The notes beneath the pieces were generated by a model. That model had not been told where the DNA came from and ran no database searches. It worked only from the letters and a program-made list of their open reading frames with translations. A program made the position numbers and the translations under genes. This document shows, piece by piece, positions 57,901 through 64,000 of a DNA stretch of 64,000 bases; position 1 is the first letter of the stretch; every line of letters starts with the position of its first letter. Source of the stretch: Eledone cirrhosa. Taxonomy: Eukaryota. Location: assembly GCA_964016885.1 (NCBI GenBank), contig OZ024741.1, positions 25,234,001-25,298,000 on the forward strand, written 5' to 3'.

Positions 57901-60900
57901 AACAACAACAGTAGTGGTACCAACAACAACAGTAGTGGTACCAACAACAGTAGTGGTACCAACAACAACAGTAGTGGTACCAACAACAGTAGTGGTACCA
58001 ACAACAACAGTAGTGTTACCAACAACAGTAGTGGTACCAACAACAGCAGTGGTACCAACAACAACAGTAGTTGCACCAACAACAACAGTAGTGGTACCAA
58101 CAACAACAGTAGTGGTACCAACAACAGTAGTGGTACCAACAACAACAGTAGTGTTACCAACAACAGTAGTGGTACCAACAACAGCAGTGGTACCAACAAC
58201 AACAGTAGTGGCACCAACAACAACAGTAGTGGTACCAACAACAGCAGTAGTGGTACCAACAACAGTAGTGGTACCAACAACAACAGCAGTGGTACCAACA
58301 ACAGTAGTGGTACCAACAACAACAGTAGTGGTACCAACAACAGTAGTGGTACCAACAACAGTAGTGGTACCAACAACAACAGTAGTGGTACCAACAACAG
58401 TAGTGGTACCAACAACAACAGTAGTGGTGCCAACAACAACAGCAGTGGTACCAACAACAACAGTAGTGGTACCAACAACAACAGTAGTGGTACCAACAAC
58501 AGTAGTGGTACCAACAACAGTAGTGGTACCAACAACAACAGTAGTGGTACCAACAACAGTAGTGGTACCAACAACAGTAGTGGTACCAACAACAACAGTA
58601 GTGGTACCAACAACAGTAGTGGTACCAACAACAGTAGTGGTACCAACAACAACAGTAGTGCTACCAACAACAGTAGTGGTACCAACAACAACAGTAGTGG
58701 TACCAACAACAGTAGTGGTACCAACAACAGTAGTGGTACCAACAACAACAGTAGTGGTACCAACAACAGTAGTGGTACCAACAACAACAGCAGTGGTACC
58801 AACAACAGTAGTGGTACCAACAACAACAGTAGTGGTACCAACAACAACAGTAGTGGTACCAACAACAGTAGTGGTACCAACAACAACAGTAGTGGTACCA
58901 ACAACAACAGTAGTGGTACCAACAACAGTAGTGGTACCAACAACAACAGTAGTGTTACCAACAACAGTAGTGGTACCAACAACAGCAGTGGTACCAACAA
59001 CAACAGTAGTGGTACCAACAACAGTAGTGGTACCAACAACAACAGTAGTGTTACCAACAACAGTAGTGGTACCAACAACAGCAGTGGTACCAACAACAAC
59101 AGTAGTGGTACCAACAACAGTAGTGGTACCAACAACAACAGTAGTGGTACCAACAACAGCAGTGGTACCAACAACAACAGTAGTGGCACCAACAACAACA
59201 GTAGTGGTACCAACAACAACAGTAGTGGTACCAACAACAACAGTAGTGGTACCAACAACAGTAGTGGTACCAACAACAACAGTAGTGGTACCAACAACAG
59301 CAGTGGTACCAACAACAACAGTAGTGGCACCAACAACAACAGTAGTGGTACCAACAACAACAGTAGTGGTACCAACAACAACAGTAGTGGTACCAACAAC
59401 AGTAGTGGTACCAGCAACAACAGTAGTGGTACCAACAACAGCAGTGGTACCAACAACAACAGTAATGGCACCAACAACAACAGTAGTGGTACCAACAACA
59501 ACAGTAGTGGTACCAACAACAACAGTAGTGGTACCAACAACAGTAGTGGTACCAACAACAACAGTAGTGGTACCAACAACAGCAGTGGTACCAACAACAA
59601 CAGTAGTGGCACCAACAACAACAGTAGTGGTACCAACAACAACAGTAGTGGTACCAACAACAGTAGTGGTACCAACAACAACAGTAGTGGTACCAACAAC
59701 AACAGTAGTGGTACCAACAACAACAGTAGTGGTACCAACAACAACAGTAGTGGTACCAACAACAACAGTAGTGGTACCAACAACAACAGTAGTGGTACCA
59801 ACAACAGTAGTGGTACCAACAACAACAGTAGTGGTACCAACAACAGCAGTGGCACCAACAACAACAGTAGTGGTACCAACAACAGCAGTGGTACCAACAA
59901 CAACAGTAGTGGCACCAACAACAACAGTAGTGGTACCAACAACAACAGTAGTGGTACCAACAACAACAGTAGTGGTACCAACAACAACAGTAGTGGTACC
60001 AACAACAGTAGTGGTACCAACAACAACAGTAGTGTTACCAACAACAGTAGTGGTACCAACAACAACAGTAGTGGCACCAACAACAACAGTAGTGGTACCA
60101 ACAACAACAGCAGTGGTACCAACAACAGTAGTGGTACCAACAACAGTAGTGGTACCAACAACAACAGTAGTGGTACCAACAACAACAGTAGTGGTACCAA
60201 CAACAGTAGTGGTACCAACAACAACAGTAGTGGTACCAACAACAACAGCAGTGGTACCAACAACAACAGTAGTGGTACCAACAACAGTAGTGGTACCAAC
60301 AACAACAGCAGTGGTACCAACAACAACAGTAGTGGTACCAACAACAGTAGTGGTACCAACAACAACAGTAGTGGTACCAACAACAACAGTAGTGGCACCA
60401 ACAACAACAGTAGTGGTACCAACAACAACAGCAGTGGTACCAACAACAACAGTAGTGGTACCAACAACAGTAGTGGTACCAACAACAACAGTAGTGGTAC
60501 CAACAACAACAGTAGTGGTACCAACAACAACAGTAGTGGTACCAACAACAGTAGTGGTACCAACAACAACAGTAGTGGTACCAACAACAACAGTAGTGGT
60601 ACCAACAACAACAGCAGTGGTACCAACAACAACAGTAGTGGTACCAACAACAGTAGTGGTACCAACAACAACAGTAGTGGTACCAACAACAACAGTAGTG
60701 GTACCAACAACAACAGTAGTGGTACCAACAACAGTAGTGGTACCAACAACAACAGCAGTGGTACCAACAACAGTAGTGGTACCAACAACAGTAGTGGTAC
60801 CAACAACAACAGTAGTGGTACCAACAACAACAGCAGTGGTACCAACAACAACAGTAGTGGTACCAACAACAACAGCAGTGGTACCAACAACAGTAGTGGT

Positions 60901-63900
60901 ACCAACAACAGTAGTGGTACCAACAACAACAGTAGTGGTACCAACAACAACAGCAGTGGTACCAACAACAACAGTAGTGGTACCAACAACAGTAGTGGTA
61001 CCAACAACAACAGCAGTGGTACCAACAACAACATTAGTGGTACCAACAACAACAGTAGTGGTACCAACAACAACAGTAGTGGTACCAACAACAGTAGTGG
61101 TACCAACAACAACAGTAGTGGTACCCAACAACAGTAGTGGTACCAACAACAACAGTAGTGGTACCAACAACAGTAGTGGTACCAACAACAGCAGTGGTAC
61201 CAACAACAGTAGTTGCACCAACAACAACAGTAGTGGTACCAACAACAACAGTAGTGGTACAACAGTAGTGGTACCAACAACAACAGTAGTGTTACCAACA
61301 ACAGTAGTGGTACCAACAACAGCAGTGGTACCAACAACAACAGTAGTGGCACCAACAACAACAGTAGTGGTACCAACAACAGCAGTAGTGGTACCAACAA
61401 CAGTAGTGGTACCAACAACAGCAGTGTACCAACAACAGTAGTGGTACCAACAACAACAGTAGTGGTACCAACAAACAGTAGTGGTACCAACAACAGTAGT
61501 GGTACCAACAACAACAGTAGTGGTACCAACAACAGTAGTGGTACCAACAACAACAGTAGTGTGCCAACAACAACAGTAGTGGTACCAACAACAACAGTAG
61601 TGGTACCAACAACAACAGTAGTGGTACCAACAACAGTAGTGGTACCAACAACAGTAGTGGTACCAACAACAACAGTAGTGGTACCCAACAACAGTAGTGG
61701 TACCAACAACAGTAGTGGTACCAACAACAACAGTAGTGGTACCAACAACAACAGTAGTGGTACCAACAACAGTAGTGGTACCAACAACAGTAGTGGTACC
61801 AACAACAACAGTAGTGGTACCCAACAAACAGTAGTGGTACCAACAACAACAGTAGTGGTACCAACAACAGTAGTGGTACCAACAACAGTAGTGGTACCAA
61901 CAACAACAGTAGTGGTACCAACAACAGTAGTGGTACCAACAACAGTAGTGGTACCAACAACAGTAGTGGTACCAACAACAACAGTAGTGGTACCAACAAC
62001 AGTAGTGGTACCACAACAACAGTAGTGGTACCAACAACAGTAGTGGTACCAACAACAACAGTAGTGGTACCAACAACAGTAGTGGTACCAACAACAGTAG
62101 TGGTACCAACAACAACAGTAGTGGTACCAACAACAACAGTAGTGGTACCAACAACAGTAGTGGTACCAACAACAGTAGTGGTACCAACAACAGTAGTGGT
62201 ACCAACAACAGTAGTGGTACCAACAACAGTAGTGGTACCAACAACAGTAGTGGTACCAACAACAACAGTAGTGGTACCAACAACAGTAGTGGTACCAACA
62301 ACAACAGTAGTGGTACCAACAACAACAGTAGTGGTACCAACAACAACAGTAGTGGTACCAACAACAGTAGTGGTACCAACAACAACAGTAGTGGTACCAA
62401 CAACAGTAGTGGTACCAACAACAGTAGTGGTACCAACAACAGTAGTGGTACCAACAACAACAGTAGTGGTACCAACAACAGTAGTGGTACCAACAACAAC
62501 AGTAGTGGTACCAACAACAGTAGTGGTACCAACAACACAGTAGTGGTACCAACAACAACAGTAGTGGTACCAACAACAGTAGTGGTACCAACAACAACAG
62601 TAGTGGTACCAACAACAGTAGTGGTACCAACAACAACAGTAGTGGTACCAACAACAGTAGTGGTACCAACAACAGTAGTGGTACCAACAACAACAGTAGT
62701 GGTACCACAACAACAGTAGTGGTACCAACAACAACAGTAGTGGTACCAACAACAACAGTAGTGGTACCAACAACAACAGTAGTGGTACCAACAACAGTAG
62801 TGGTACCAACAACAGTAGTGGTACCAACAACAGTAGTGGTACCAACAACAACAGTAGTGGTACCAACAACAACAGTAGTGGTACCAACAACAACAGTAGT
62901 GGTACCAACAACAACAGTAGTGGTACCAACAACAGTAGTGGTACCAACAACAACAGTAGTGGTACCAACAACAACAGTAGTGGTACCAACAACAGTAGTG
63001 GTACCAACAACAACAGTAGTGGTACCAACACACAGTAGTGGTACCAACAACAACAGTAGTGGTACCAACAACAACAGTAGTGGTACCAACAACAGTAGTG
63101 GTACCAACAACAGTAGTGGTACCAACAACAACAGTAGTGGTACCAACAACAACAGTAGTGGTACCAACAACAGTAGTGGTACCAACAACAACAGTAGTGG
63201 TACCAACAACAGTAGTGGTACCAACAACAACAGTAGTGGTACCAACAACAGTAGTGGTACCAACAACAACAGTAGTGGTACCAACAACAACAGTAGTGGT
63301 ACCAACAACAGTAGTGGTACCAACAACAGTAGTGGTACCAACAACAACAGTAGTGGTACCAACAACAGTAGTGGTACCAACAACAACAGTAGTGGTACCA
63401 ACAACAACAGTAGTGGTACCAACAACAGTAGTGGTACCAACAACAACAGTAGTGGTACCAACAACAGTAGTGCTACCAACAACAACAGTAGTGGTACCAA
63501 CAACAACAGTAGTGGTACCAACAACAGTAGTGGTACCAACAACAACAGTAGTGGTACCAACAACAACAGTAGTGGTACCAACAACAGTAGAGTACCAACA
63601 ACAACAGTAGTGGCACCAACAACAACAGTAGTGGTACGAACAACAGTAGTGGTACCAACAACAACAGTAGTGGTACCAACAACAACAGTAGTGGTACCAA
63701 CAACAGTAGTGGTACCAACAACAACAGTAGTGGTACCAACAACAGTAGTGGTACCAACAACAACAGTAGTGGTACCAACAACAGTAGTGGTACCAACAAC
63801 AACAGTAGTGGTACCAACAACAGTAGTGGTACCAACAACAACAGTAGTGGTACCAACAACAGTAGTGGTACCAACAACAACAGTAGTGGTACCAACAACA

Positions 63901-64000
63901 GTAGTGGTACCAACAACAACAGTAGTGGTACCAACAACAGTAGTGGTACCAACACAACAGTAGTGGTACCAACAACAACAGTAGTGCTACCAACAACAAC

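Larger units (their letters stand above)
1..64000. repeat. Tandem satellite/minisatellite array, unit GGTACC(AAC)2-4AGTAGT (18/21/24 bp), head-to-tail, running off both window ends
   Basis: Seen directly throughout the window. Length polymorphism is almost entirely +/- one AAC. No orientation switch and no non-repeat interruption found. Confidence 0.99.

Noticed and set aside
706-63999. Poly-Leu membrane protein (LLLLVP) or Cys/His metal-binding protein (WYHYCC) on the - strand
   Set aside because: Both are antisense shadows of the repeat. They are repeatedly interrupted by stops from the AACTAC and GTTACC variants.
1-64000. Annotating the ORF-track entries (up to 6511 aa) as genes
   Set aside because: They overlap in five frames, mostly begin at GTG/TTG codons supplied by every unit, have no non-repetitive domain, and are expected from triplet-length, stop-poor units.
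1-64000. Single giant mucin/PTS exon (PTTTVVV)
   Set aside because: Inherited frameshifts (1121-1841, 12961, 13200 and their paralogs) and a duplicated TGA (24030, 25056) break this frame, and the common variants are nonsynonymous in it. It cannot be excluded for a sub-segment.
1-64000. CRISPR array
   Set aside because: The palindromic core recurs, but there are no unique spacers, the unit is too short, and there is no leader or cas gene.
1-64000. Triplet-only length variation as proof of coding selection
   Set aside because: The unit is made of AAC and AGT triplets, so slippage gives 3-bp changes without selection.
1-64000. Rolling-circle or RT concatemer (DRT2-like, DGR), or a pure amplification/sequencing artefact
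   Set aside because: There is no RT or template locus in the window. Nested multi-kb duplications with inherited and private variants indicate a replicating, evolving array rather than copies of one short template, although local assembly errors are likely.
1-64000. tRNA, rRNA, promoters, terminators, IS/transposon ends, G-quadruplex
   Set aside because: There is no non-repeat sequence to host them. G runs are only GG, 18-21 nt apart, and there are no U-tract hairpins or terminal inverted repeats.

Overview
The whole 64 kb window is one single-orientation tandem array of a short unit, GGTACC(AAC)2-4AGTAGT (mainly 18 and 21 bp, some 24 bp; roughly 3,300 units; about 43-44% GC; A-rich + strand). 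There is no unique sequence, and I found no recognisable gene, RNA gene, transposon or CRISPR array. The huge ORFs in the track follow from repeat geometry: units are multiples of 3 and only one of six frames contains a stop. Rare variant units act as landmarks for nested higher-order duplications (about 0.24, 1.0, 2.8, 3.1, 6.1, 7.5, 7.8 and 28.1 kb) and for domains with different variant repertoires. The most interesting signal is that the commonest substitutions are T>C at all three T positions of the unit. These are silent in the + strand GTNN(N)SS frame but not in the mucin-like PTT(T)VVV frame. Frameshifts shared between paralogous copies exclude one intact + strand CDS across the window. 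Best call: a satellite/minisatellite array, probably eukaryotic; organism and function cannot be determined from this window. The last ~16 kb carries many private indels that look like lower consensus quality. All alignments were done by eye, so block boundaries are approximate.
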